From Lytechinus pictus (taxonomy: Eukaryota): DNA of 64,000 nt. The stretch covers positions 38,378,001-38,442,000 of the forward strand of contig NC_087247.1 of the NCBI RefSeq assembly GCF_037042905.1, in the 5' to 3' direction. Within the stretch, counting starts at the first letter, position 1, and each line of letters opens with the position of its first letter. Position numbers and translations under genes: made by a program. The notes under the pieces are model-generated. The model was not told where the DNA came from. It made no database searches and saw only the letters and a program-made list of their open reading frames with translations. Positions 47,701 through 59,800 of this stretch are shown here, piece after piece.

Positions 47701-50700
47701 AAATGGGGGAAATTATTCTAATCAAGTACATTTTTATAAGCCATGAAGTATTATTATCCAATATTTATTATACAGAGGATGATTTGACGATGCTGATGAG
47801 AGAATGTGTTTTACATTTTTAGTATTGCTTTTAACACAACGGGGGGGGGGGGGGGTAGAGCTTTTCTTTTGGTTTTTCAAGTACGATATTGTTGATGAAG
47901 ACAGCGCACTCGGAATGTACGAGATTACAAATGAATATTAAAGATTGTAATATGGGGAAAATCTAAAAGTAAAATATGACATCATAACTTACACGAAGAA
48001 CACGAAGAAAACACTTTCAGCTCAGCATTCACCTATCTACCTATGGGTGGCCCCATGTTATTTTTATAGGGAGCAATATGATAGAAAAATTACGTTTTTT
48101 TTCAATTTACGTTACATGACCGAGACCTTTCTTTTTAGCACCTACACGCATCTCCCTTTCTTCTTTTTTTCCTTGCTTATTTTCTTATTTCTCATCTTTA
48201 AAAGAGATTGTTTGTTAAAACCTTGAAAATATTAGAGGTGCATCCTTTACCATGGAATGAAAACGAACCTTTGCAATCATTATTGTGTCGACAAGATTTG
48301 TGTTGTGCTGCAATACCTCGTCCATTCAAGCAATCAGGGAGGTTCGAATCCTTGCTGCATACTGAGAATCTGTATCGGGTACCAGTACCACACGTCCTAC
48401 TACATGTACTCCATGTCGACCAGTTTGAATTTTCTAGAAAATGAATATTTAAATAACATGAATAATTGAATGAAATGAATTACAACAATATATTTCGTTT
48501 TTTTTTATGTATCTTGCCTCTCTCTAAATTTGTTCTGATATTGTTTTATAAGCCTTTCTTAACAAGCTGCCCCTTATATGTTCTTCTTATTCAACAGTCA
48601 ATTAATTTCATTTAGGCCCTATTTCATTTACTTGCACAGTAAAAAATAGCACATTGTTTAAGCATGTCACTCTAACAACAAGATGTTTAATCTTTTTTGT
48701 AATTGTTTAAACTTTTTTATTGTTTAAAAAAGTTTAAACAGTTGTTTAAAGGTTTAAACAGATGTTTAAAAAGTTTAAACAATAGTTGCTAGATTGACGG
48801 GCTTAAACAACGTGCATAAAATTTTAAACAGCGTTTTTACAGTGTGGGTAAAGCGTCAGGGAAATAATTTTACGGTTTATATGTTTATACATTTATATTT
48901 CAATGTTTGTATCCTGATCTAATTGTCTTTTAATTTTTTTTGTATCGGCCTTACAGGCATTTAAGGGTTTATCATACAGTTTCTATTTCCTGTGAAACTT
49001 GTTGCTACTTTTATATATATCCATATCGGTTTAAAAATACAAAATGCATTGATTTGCGATATTACATACCATCGATTGGTCTACCGTGTTGGTAGATAGA
49101 AGGGCGTTGAACAGTGGCCGGAGCAACGGGTGAGAGAGCATCGCCAGGGGGAGCTGGGATCAGCCCATCATTTAAAGGTCTTTCACTGTTATTATCAACC
49201 TCTACATCACCTAGAATGTCATTCATCTCCGACGTCGACTTCATAGACATAGTTGAAGTCGTCGACAACGTTGTGGTTATAGTTCTTGTTGATGACTTGG
49301 ACACTGAAGTGATTGTGGCTTTATTAGTGGTGGTGGATGGTGGCTTTGTCGTTGCAGGAGTTGTCGTTCTTGTGGTAGTAGCTTTCGTCGTTGAAGGGAC
49401 AGTGGTTGGTTTCCTGGTCGTTGTTGGTGTCGTCATAGCACGTGTTGGTGGCTCCGTGATCGTTGTCGGGAGGACCTTTACCTGCGAGTAGGCACTCGGA
49501 CCTCGCTTGGACGTCGGCGTCGTCGGCGTTATCGTCCAGTACTTCGAGTTATTCGCCCTATTTATGGTGGCGTCTGAACGACTAGGAATAGTTCGATCAC
49601 CGTCATCAGACACGGGTTCGACTGTTGCATGATTGTTGTCCTCGAAGTACACAAACGATACAGATTCAGGCTCCATGATGTCGTGGATGACATCGCTGTT
49701 AGACTGATTGATCTCAAATGCTCCATTGTCCAGCTTGACAGTCAGTTTTGTCAATGCTGGAGTTGATGTCCTTGGTCTTTGAGTCATGATCTGCGGTTTT
49801 AAGAATATATTTTAAAATTATGCTTTGTGTAGAATGTATATTTCCATCATAATCATACTATTAAATAATTCTAGCTCATATTTGGCTCATGTTTTCTATA
49901 GGTTCTGTATGATTTTCATAATTATAAAAGACAAAAGATTTATACTCCTGATATCACTGTCCTTAAATATGATTTACTTTATCATATTACGATTCTAATA
50001 CCATTGCAGAACAAAATATTCACAATTGTTTTCTTTATATTTAATAGAATGATGTGAGTTCACCTTTTGAGTGACCTTCTGAGTTGTCGTAGGCGTTGAT
50101 GTCGGTGATACACTCGCCCCATCCATCTCATCTTCAGTGACTTCCATCTCTGAGAACGAAGGAAACGTCGTGTCCATCGGCATTGACGTTGTCGTTTCTG
50201 GGTCCATAAAGAGGAATGGATCGAAGAGGTTGTCGTACACGAGCCCGATGTCGATAGATGCATCCATACCATTCACTGAACTCGAGGGCGGCGCGGTGGA
50301 TGCAATGTTTAACAGATCGGGAAACTAGAAGAAAATAAGGAAACTAGGTTGAAATCCGCAACCATATTGTTGATCGGATGTTGATCGGACATTTTTCAGT
50401 CAAGACCTATTCTTTTGCATTCATAGAGACCCATCGATGATCCGAGTTGTGGAAACATTAAAGTTAACAAGAATTTACCTCCTGACGAGGTAAAGTACGT
50501 TCACAATCCTATATCATTTCAGATGGGTCATTATACTGACGAATATGAAAATACAGGGTCTTGTTCTGCTAGCAGTTTTTTTCTAATTTTATTGTAAAAA
50601 ATCACTATGGTTGGGAAATATGAAATAAAGGGTTAGGGAGAATAAAAATGAGAGAATATAAAATACAGACGGGTCTAATGGTGGTTGGATTGATAAATTA

Positions 50701-53700
50701 GATAGATAAATACCTATATACATAAATAGACTCTCAGATGCATGTATAGAAATATATATAGATATAGATGGACGGATAGATAGATAAATAATTGAGATAC
50801 ATACGTGAAGAGAGAAGAGAGAGGTTGACAGAGCAAGGAGTATACTTACACGTCTTTCTTGTGGTAGACACTGTAACTCAGCTATAGATGTGTCATTCAC
50901 GATGATCAGTTGATCAATATCACCCTATACCCCAGGATGAGAAATTTCAATGAAAAAAAAAACCATCGTTTTTTTTATATTCAAATTAGTTTCAAGATAA
51001 ATACAGTAATAAAACAAGGTTTGTTTAGGTCGAGGACTCGTATTCCACCCATCGACACAATTTTCGTTTGACAACATGTTTTTGGGGCACCATCGATTAA
51101 TTTTGAACTTCAATTTTTAATTAATCAACATTTTTTCAACTAATGGTTAGTATGTATATACAATGTATTAAATGATTCAATTATACGATGGTATGGATAA
51201 TGATTTCAGAATTATAATTACTTGATAGTGATATTTTCAAGATAAATACAGTAATAAAACTCTTAATAATACTATCAAAGATTCCCCAAGTCTAAATTCT
51301 TTTAAATTTAAGTTCAAAAAGTTTCTCCAAGATACTCGTTAGTTTGTTTAACTCTTCATCACTCATACATTATATTTTTCATATATACTTAGCACTACTA
51401 AGTGTGAAATATGATATTTTTCGTTTTCCTGTTGATCCGTAATATTCGCTGTGAGTGCCGGGGCAAGAATCTGGAGACTATTGATCTCGTTTTTTCTCTC
51501 ATTTTCTATTTCTTTCTTTTTTTCTTTTTTTCTTTTAAATTATTCATTTAAATAGATTTAAGCTCAACTTTTACATGTTGTATTTCTGTTTTGTTTACAT
51601 TGTTCATACAAATATGTAATAGGAGGCTGCATTCTACAAGCTTCGCTTTTTTAGCAGCCTCCTCCGTTTCCGACCTGTTATCTTAATTATTACATATAAT
51701 AAGTTTCTTTGTTTTATTGATTATATCAACATGTATGTAACAAAACTTATTGTAAATGATTGTTGGAAATGGAAAAATAAATGAAATGAAATATTTCATT
51801 CAACTACCTTCCAATATGATCTTATAACATTGTATATTTAATATTGCTTGTTCCTTGATATTTCAGAAATATATTTTTACAAATTATATAATACATATCA
51901 TAAAAACAGAAATATATATAAAACAAAGGAAAATTACAAGGAAAATGTATGTACCTCAAAATATGCATAATTAACTGATCGATATCCACTACCGATTGAA
52001 GTCGTACCCGTTGCATCAATCATTGCTCGATCACTTCTATCTATATTGAGTGTGAACACCTCCTTACAATTTGCAATCAACGTGACTGTATGTTTGTTCA
52101 CACTAAAAGCCATGTAGTGCCAGCTTCTATCCAAAACATAATCAGTGAAATTGAGTTCTTTGTGAGTCCCATCCAATTGGCTGTAGACGATCGAAGGAGT
52201 CTTGGCGAGTTTGATCCCAAATTGAATGCTGCCATCAGCGTCAGTGAAGAGCAAGGCGTATGGGACTCCGCGGTTTTTTCGGAGCGTCACTTTTGGTTTG
52301 ACGGTGAGGAGGACGGCGAACTGATGCGGGAAGCTCTTCCCATAGATGCTACTGGTCGGAGCACGAATCGTTCTGGCTTGATGGGTGATCCTATAAGCTG
52401 TCCACCGGCTAGGAGCTCGTCGAACACCAGGAGGAAAGTCATCAAGATGGAGAATCTTCTTCATGTCTTTCTCATCTGGAAAGCAAGACAAAAAATGGAA
52501 AAAGATAATGTGGTGAACGCACAGAAAACTAAATATTGTACGAAAAGAATAAACACAAATTCAAGTGTGAATATAACTGAAAGCTAATTATGATATTTCA
52601 AATGACAAAGTTTAAGGATTTGATGTTCGCTTATTACATGATGTCTTGTTTTCATTTACACATTTTTTGAAAAAATAAATAGCATTGAAATCAACACGAC
52701 AAACTGAAACAAAATAATGTCCAAAATCCTTTATTTTAACCCTTTCCTAACAATGGAATACAATTTTTGCAAGAGGGCTTCCGGCCAATAGAACTCTATT
52801 GTAGGCCCTTAATTTGCTCTCTAAGTCTGTTGGCTCTTTTATAGTTGTTTGATTTAATAATAACAATTGTTAAAGTAATGCTTTTATAAAGACAGAGACC
52901 CTCAAACTAATATAACTTTTTAGACCATTATAATGGGTGCCAAACAGACGCGATTCAATCAATTAGCGAGTGAAGCAGCAAAGATTGTCGGATAAAATAT
53001 GATTTTAACATACAACAAAAGCAAAACTACATTCTATTAATCTCTATTTTTCAGCTGTTCAAAGTTTTGAGCATCTTCCAGAGATTCGATGATCATAAAA
53101 GGCGTCTACGATTTTCCGAAGAGATAGCCCATATAATTATGTTGGAATAATTTGGGTAAATGCCAATAAATTCAATCAGGAATGGCAAGTCGACAACATT
53201 ATTGTATAGGGCCTAATTAAATAATTCGAATCTATCAGTGTTGACTTTTTATACACTGAAAAAACTCCGGTGTTGATTTAACACCAGCCCGGTATCTATA
53301 TATGTCCACACCAGACAAGTATTAAACAAATCCAGTTTCGTTTTGGTCTAACACCAGAAAGGTGTTTATACAACACCAATTAGTATTAAAACAGCAACGG
53401 TTTGATTCCAAACTGGTGTTGTTTTAATACTTCTCTGGTGTGGACATATATAGATTCCGGGCTGGTGTTAATTCAACACCGGAGATTTTGCAGTGTATCA
53501 TGTTTGGAGTTTAGAAAGTAACATTTAAGCTCAAGTAGACTACATTTTCAGCAAAAAGTGAAAGAGGAAGTCAGCTCCAATAGCATTGATTACCCGTGTT
53601 TGTATATATCCGCGCCCAGTCTTGCCTGTATTTTTCTCATGTTCGATTTTAATGTGTTTGTTGTTAAACTCTTACAAGATCTTTAGGAACTTCACGAGGA

Positions 53701-56700
53701 AGCATACACTCAACACCAATGCAACGAATTGAAACAAATTTATCAATTACTTATTTCCACCTGGTCTGTTCATCACGCAATTTTATGTAGCGATCGAGGT
53801 AAATGAGCTTAGAAAGTTCGCATAGTGGTTGATTGAACTTTTAGGTGTGGGAAAGATACATTTCCAATAACAATCGCGAAGTTGTTATTTTGGGGATCTT
53901 TGACTTGACTGATTTCATGAGGTTAAATGGAGGGGAAAGTAAACAAGTAATGGTAAATAGCAAATATTTCAATTCTAATAATGTTTTGAGACCCCGTGGC
54001 ATGTCAGAATTATTGCGAATTTTCGAAATTCCCCAAAACGTTACTTTTTTAAAAGAATTTCAATCTCTTTCATTATATTCTATAAAATTAGCTTAAGAAT
54101 GGAGTCCCCTTTTAGACAGGATCAATAGGAAGAATAGAAAAACATTTCCAATACAAGTATTATTTTCTTTTATCCTATAGGTATTCTCTGATATATCTAT
54201 CCTAAAGATGATTTTGATATTGAGTGTATTGATTTATATCGCTTTTTAATTTTGTTTAACTTGAATTAACAAACAACTAAATCAAGCATCAATAGCGGCG
54301 CACTAAGCTAAACATCAACTAATTTGATTTCAACATAATATTTCGGGTCGTGCAAATTGATAAAATAGGCAGCATAATTCATAGTGAATTCCCTGTTGAT
54401 TATTTTCAGCATGGCGTAAGCCCGAGCCCCCCCCCCCCGGCCCTCCCCCAACTTCTTCATGCTTTTTTTTAAATGACTTGTACTTTGTGTGATCATTACT
54501 CCGTCTCCATCCTCAAAACAGGTTCACGGAGTTCAGAGTCTAGCCCAAAACTTGACACATTCAGTTCCACTCGAGAGGGTTGTCAATCAGTAAGAATCAC
54601 CAAATTGACATCATTTGAGGTGAAAATGTTTATTCCAACAGATACCCATGAGTAACGTTATTTCAACTGTTCATGCAGAGTGTCTGGAAGACGAAAGTTC
54701 ATTTTGGGGTTATGACGTGCCGTGAAAAAAAAAAGAACTATGAAGCTTCTTTCTCAAGGGTGTAATGATTTCGGATTAATCCTTCTCAAATAAAATGAGT
54801 GTAACATTGGAGGTCAAAGGCACAAGGTGGTTGGTGGTAAAGTGGCGGCAATGACGGTAGTGGTAATAGGGGCAGTATATAGAAAAAGCGTTAGAGATGG
54901 CGTCAATGTTGAAGTTGGTCATGGTGGCGATGGTGATGGTGGTGGTGATCGATGCCCGCTGTATGGGTAGTAGTGATGTTGGCTGTGGTGATGGATGGTA
55001 TATGGTCTGGGGGGCGTTTCATGAAAGGGCTTGTCGGACGTTTTATCCGACAAGTCCCATTTTATCCGACAGTTACCATAGTAACAGTACCTCTCAGCCA
55101 ATCAACATCAGAGAAAGATGTCAGATCTGACAACTTGTCGGATGAAAATGTTGATGAAACACTCCCCAGAAGTGTGAAAATGGTCGTGGCGATGGAAGTG
55201 GTAGAGGAAACAGTGATGTCACGGTATTGGAGGGGCTAATGATGCTGGTGGACTGTGGTGAAGCGATATTCCGACAGACAACATTGTTGATGAGGGCGGT
55301 GACGGTGGTGGTATGGACAATATTGGTGTTTGTGGTGGTAGGGTAAGAAGTTATTTAAGAGTGCTGGCTTAAACTGCAATTTCAAACTATGAAACTCTTT
55401 CGGAAGATTTCGTAGATACAAATATCAAATCTCAGTAAGAAAGGTAACAATACAATGGAGTGACTGAGGCGGAGAAGGGGGGGGGGGTGCTTTTTTGCAT
55501 CGGTTGTTGAATTAAAGGGAGCTTTGGACAATATTTGGGAGGGGGAATTTGTCCCCTGTCCTGCATCCAACCCCCCCCCCCCAAAAAAAAAAAATAATAT
55601 AAACTTCTACGCTACTCGAGTTGGATAAATTGGAAGTCACGATCATATCGGTCATGTCTTTGCATCCATGCATTGATCTACCAGGTCCATGATCCATGTA
55701 AGTGGTCTATGACCATGATGATACGCCATTCAACCCATATCGCTATCTGGTTCAACTTCTCGCAATGTTTGTAGAGGACATACATGGAACGCACAGCTTC
55801 CGAAATCAACACCACCGCCTATACAACCATATCGTCTTACTGAGAGCGGGTAGGAATGCCTTATGATGACGATGATGAGCTGGTCGATGATGGTCGGTGG
55901 TATCACAGAGGGGCATAACATGGACAGATTGTGGTGATGAAAGAGACAGCGATACGGTTGACTGAACTTGACAGTTTTTACAGTGACACCATACTCCCGA
56001 TATAAAAAGAGCATCACAGACATGTATATGTCATGCTGTTTCTTCTTACAATAATGCAATTGCCAGCAATTTATACAAAGAAAATCTCTCAAAATCAATG
56101 ACATTAAGAAGAGGGTGGAAAACTGATCAAGATGACGTAAATGAAGGATACGGTACATAGACAATTTGAATATATCAATATCATTTTCAAACTTGAACAA
56201 TATATTCTTCATGTTCTTGTAAGCTGCTATTTTCGCCATCATATTGTGTCTCACTTCCTTAGGAGGAAAGGGGAGCCGACAAGAATATCATTCCATATTA
56301 TTTGAAATCAATATTCGAAACCAAAAAGCCAATGCTTTCTTTGGGGTAAAAATATAGCTCCTGAGTATAACATCGATTACATCCGTTCCGTAGACTTTTC
56401 ACAATCATGGTTTAGGTATTACCACGGGAAACGAATAGGGAAGACACATCATCTTACTACTTCCAGTATTTACATGTACGATTTAGGGAACTTATGTATG
56501 ATTTAGGGTACTTAATTTGAAACATTGTTTGATTATTGAGTTGATAGATTTTCGTTGACATTGTAAAGTCTTTATTTGACTATATTTATATTTAGCATGA
56601 AAATTTGTATGTATGTTTTACATTTCAGAAATTTTTAATGCTCTCATGTGTTTACATGAAAGTGTAAATATCAAAATATATATATTTACACAGACACGGG

Positions 56701-56875
56701 AGAGAGTAATTATTTGTAAACCCACCTGAACAATCGAAAACGTTGCATCTTCTCTTCTGTTTAGCGTCTCCCTCGCATGCATTAGGAACATCTCGAACAC
56801 ACACTCGACGTCGAGTCTGATGTCCACCACCACATTCCTTCGAGCACGACGACCACGATGCCCACGGTCGCCAAC
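41042..56875 (-). CDS. Extracellular mosaic protein TSP1-TSPN(LamG)-mucin-TSP1 x2-EGF x6.5-EMI-like; 5' partial, 16 exons, about 974 aa
   Basis: Exons: 56726-56875 (TSP1), 51955-52475 and 50850-50924 (TSPN), 50064-50324 and 49070-49790 (S/T-rich), 48269-48433 and 47523-47687 (TSP1), EGFs at 46922-47017, 46370-46462, 45673-45768, 44768-44863, 43644-43739, 43128-43223, partial EGF 42553-42655, then 41606-41728 and 41042-41108 (TGA). All AG/GT-flanked with consistent phases. Confidence 0.85.
42553..47017 (-). CDS. Six short EGF exons (93-96 nt) plus one half EGF
   Basis: C...C.N(G/N)G.C.....C.C..G.....C repeated (e.g. CSPPCENGGVCLRAGFCKCQTGYRGMQC); all six full EGF exons are phase 1-1. Confidence 0.92.
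47523..48433 (-). CDS. TSP1 repeats 2 and 3 (165 nt each)
   Basis: NWSTWSTCSRTCGTGTRYR..C and RWSEWGSCTRTCGSGFETR..C. Neither is in the ORF track. Confidence 0.9.
48635..48844. mobile_element. CAC...GTG MITE with internal gtttaaac repeats
   Basis: cacagtaaaaaa ... tttttacagtg with degenerate inverted arms. Confidence 0.6.
49070..50324 (-). CDS. Ser/Thr/Pro-rich mucin-like stalk (2 exons)
   Basis: Long open frames rich in T/S/P (TTPTTTRKPTTVPSTTKATTTRTTT); phase 0-0 and 0-1 junctions. Confidence 0.85.
50850..52475 (-). CDS. TSPN/laminin-G-like domain (2 exons)
   Basis: AYRI...APTSSIY..FPHQFAVLLTVK...WHYMAFSV..VTLIANC...FEGDIDQLIIV....AELQC, the collagen N-propeptide/thrombospondin N-terminal pattern. 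Confidence 0.88.
51545..51795 (+). mobile_element. Probable LINE 3' UTR remnant
   Basis: Hairpin aggaggctgc..gcagcctcct and an aataaa(tgaaa)n tail. Confidence 0.4.
53254..53495. mobile_element. TA-flanked palindromic MITE
   Basis: ta|cactgaaaaaactccggtgttga ... tcaacaccggagattttgcagtg|ta. Confidence 0.85.
55009..55167. mobile_element. Short Harbinger-like MITE
   Basis: ggggggcgtttcatgaa ... ttgatgaaacactcccc; second copy at 21650-21797. Confidence 0.7.
56726..56875 (-). CDS. TSP1 repeat exon 1
   Basis: GWRPWASWSSCSKECGGGHQTRRRVC...CEG..KQKRRCNVFDC. Confidence 0.9.
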
Positions 56876-59800
56876 CTAGGCGAAAAATAGACGATACAAT
56901 ATGCAAATAGGATCATTCAAACAAAAACAAATCAAACAGATTATATCAAACATGAAAAGAAAACCTCACCATGATCTTACTTGTTACGTTTCATTCATTG
57001 TTTCTTACAACATCACAACATACAGTATATTTTTGGTACTTATTTTTTATTCACCCTGTTTCGTAATTCATATTCATATTTGCTTTTTTCATTTGCTCTA
57101 ATAAGACGGACTTGCTGAAAAGTAGCATTTTCGTCCGATGTGAATATTGTGCAAATGAGATAAATTTATTCAGTCGATCAAAATAATAATCAATATCACT
57201 AAATGGTTAATGAACGTGTCAATCATCATGATTAAAGTTATACTTCCCAGAAAAATATTTATTGTTTGTGTTTATTTCATCTTTATTGTCACATTATGGT
57301 CTATATCAAATACAATTAGAGTCATAAACAAACCTACAAAATAGATACTGACATTCAACTATATAAAGAGCGTTGGGAATTCATTAAAGGGACTACAATG
57401 AAATATTTTTTCTACAGATGTGTATGTTGTGAAGTCCCTAAGAAATAACAGTTCAAAGAAAATGAATAAAAATACACATTTATTACGTGAAGAACTAGTT
57501 TTCTAAATACTAAAGGAAGAAAACAAATATTTCCCTTCCGTTTTTCCCTATATTCATCCATTATGTTGAACAGTCATAGTTATCTTGTACCACTTATGAA
57601 TAATTTCTAAAAGATGAATTGATGCCCATGCAGAGCTTGAAAAAAAATAATTGATGCCTCCTTTCCCCTTTAAACGGTATTTCCCAAGCCTTCGGTGAGC
57701 GTTCAAACATTTCCTGCCAAAACCAACTCCTGGGCATTTTAGAAAGATCACTGTCAATGAGTTTAAAGAGAAAATTCATGCGAGTATTTCCACTTCATAT
57801 CAGTTTTCCACATCTCTCATCAAACTGAACCGTTAGTCACTGACAAAGATATATCCCTAAGCGTGGATGAAAAGATAAACATATTTCAATACCTTATTCC
57901 ATTGTCACTATAAACATGCTATATGAAATTCCAAAGTTAAAACGTGCCATTTCTGGTATTATGAGCGATAATGGTTCGATCTTGTTTTGTGTACATGGTC
58001 ATTCTGGTGAAAAGAAATACGGACAAATCGTGATGTTCGAAACGAGACCGATGTCGTTCACTTCACCTAGACGTGAGGTCTTATCTTTATCTTTATTAAT
58101 TATAAAGACATATTTATTGATCGGTATGCCATAGAAATAACAAACATATTCATGAATCAATTAATATGTAGGCCTTTACCTTGACTCACATTCAGGAATG
58201 GGGTCTCGAAGATTAATATCATTTTAAATGGGGATGTCATTTTTTTAACTGCGTCGCCCTTTAAATCGTAAAGGGGTCCTTGTGATATATGGTTCGTTCA
58301 CCATGTTCACTTGACTCTTAGGCTAAAAGGTCGGGGTTTAAAATGAATAAATCCTTAGGCGGTACAGATAAGTCACATACATGTACATTTACAACCCTCC
58401 GTCCAGGTCATGTTGGCAATATTGGTAATAACCGCACTTCGCCTCTGGAAAAAAACATTGACAAATACTGACAAAAGTTTTGTAGGTGATTATACTGATC
58501 AATATCATTTCATTAGGTTAAATAAATCTCCAATTTCAATCATTAACTATGTCATTCGGGTTTAAATGACATTGTTGTAGGAAGGCTGATGACTAGATCG
58601 TATGTTAACGTCACATAACATGACCTCTTTCTCACTTTGACCTTAGCCTCCCTGGTGAATAAGCCTCGATACGAATGCTCTGACCGTCTGACATGACTGA
58701 CGCATGATGGACCGAGAGAGAATATAATAAAAGGTTGTGGTTTGTGAAATCCCTTCTTCATTAATTGGTTCCGCGAATCTTCTTATAATATAAGACATGA
58801 TAATCGTACTAAACTAAGCCAGATCTGCACTGAAATAAAATAATAGGCGTAATAACACAACCCTAACATGATTACATAGTGACCGTGTTTTTATGTTTAA
58901 TTGACACAAGTTCAAAGCATTTCTTGTTTTTTTTCATAGTTTCTTTCTAAAACACAAATTACCTTCCTTCGAGCAGGGTGAGCTGTCTCTCTAATGAAAA
59001 ATATATACTTCGTTATATTAAAGATATTCTGTCTAAATCATACCATAGAGGTCGTCCAATTTTCGAAAATAGCCTTAATCACTTTCCATGTTAGGCCTAC
59101 ATCGTACCCTGAACATGCTGAAGTCTGTGTTTCGCTCCCCGGGGCAGTGAACCTCCAAAACCGGATCGGAAATTGCCAATACTACTCCATTCATAAAAAG
59201 AATCAACATGTCATTTATAACCATGGATATAATATAGAAGAAAAATAGATCTAAACATACACAAATAGCTGGACCTTGATAGCGAGAGAGCGCACCACGG
59301 TGGCCGATGTTTTGCTATCAGCATGTGTTGTTTGTACATGTATGCATCCTACTTCAGGTGCTTGGAGCTTGAAAGTTTTGAATTGCAGTGTGGGGTCGAT
59401 TACTTGCAAGTCAACATGGTCAGAGGCTGGAAACATAAAGTCTATTTTCATATCGTACCCTCCTTATTGTCAGCCCCGAGATGGAGGCCATTGTAGGTTG
59501 GTGTAGGTTCCAAAAGACAAGAACGATGCCGAAGGGCCACAGCCACAGGTCTAAAAAGAATTTCATACAGGCCTATGAGATTTGGAGGCCATTAAGGAGC
59601 CATATGAATACAGGGACATGGCAATGTGTTTCTCCTTTTAAAAGGAAACATGAACGAATGCAAAGAATACTGTAAATGTTTGCACTATCAGTGAGCCTGG
59701 TAAGAGGACAGAATGGAAAGTCGTAAACAGACAATTTTCTCCCTACACTACAAAAAAAGTTAAAATGTTCAAGAAAGCATTACTAAGAATGACAGATTAC

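Noticed and set aside
49114-49491. Val-rich + strand ORF, and other antisense ORFs such as 52090-52587 and 430-906
   Set aside because: Antisense shadows of real exons.
55730-56254. 174-aa minus-strand ORF inside the TSP1-TSPN intron
   Set aside because: No recognisable domain or convincing splice sites; the flanking exons join in phase without it.
58994-59675. Cluster of short ORFs with slightly higher GC
   Set aside because: No recognisable motif or coherent exon chain.
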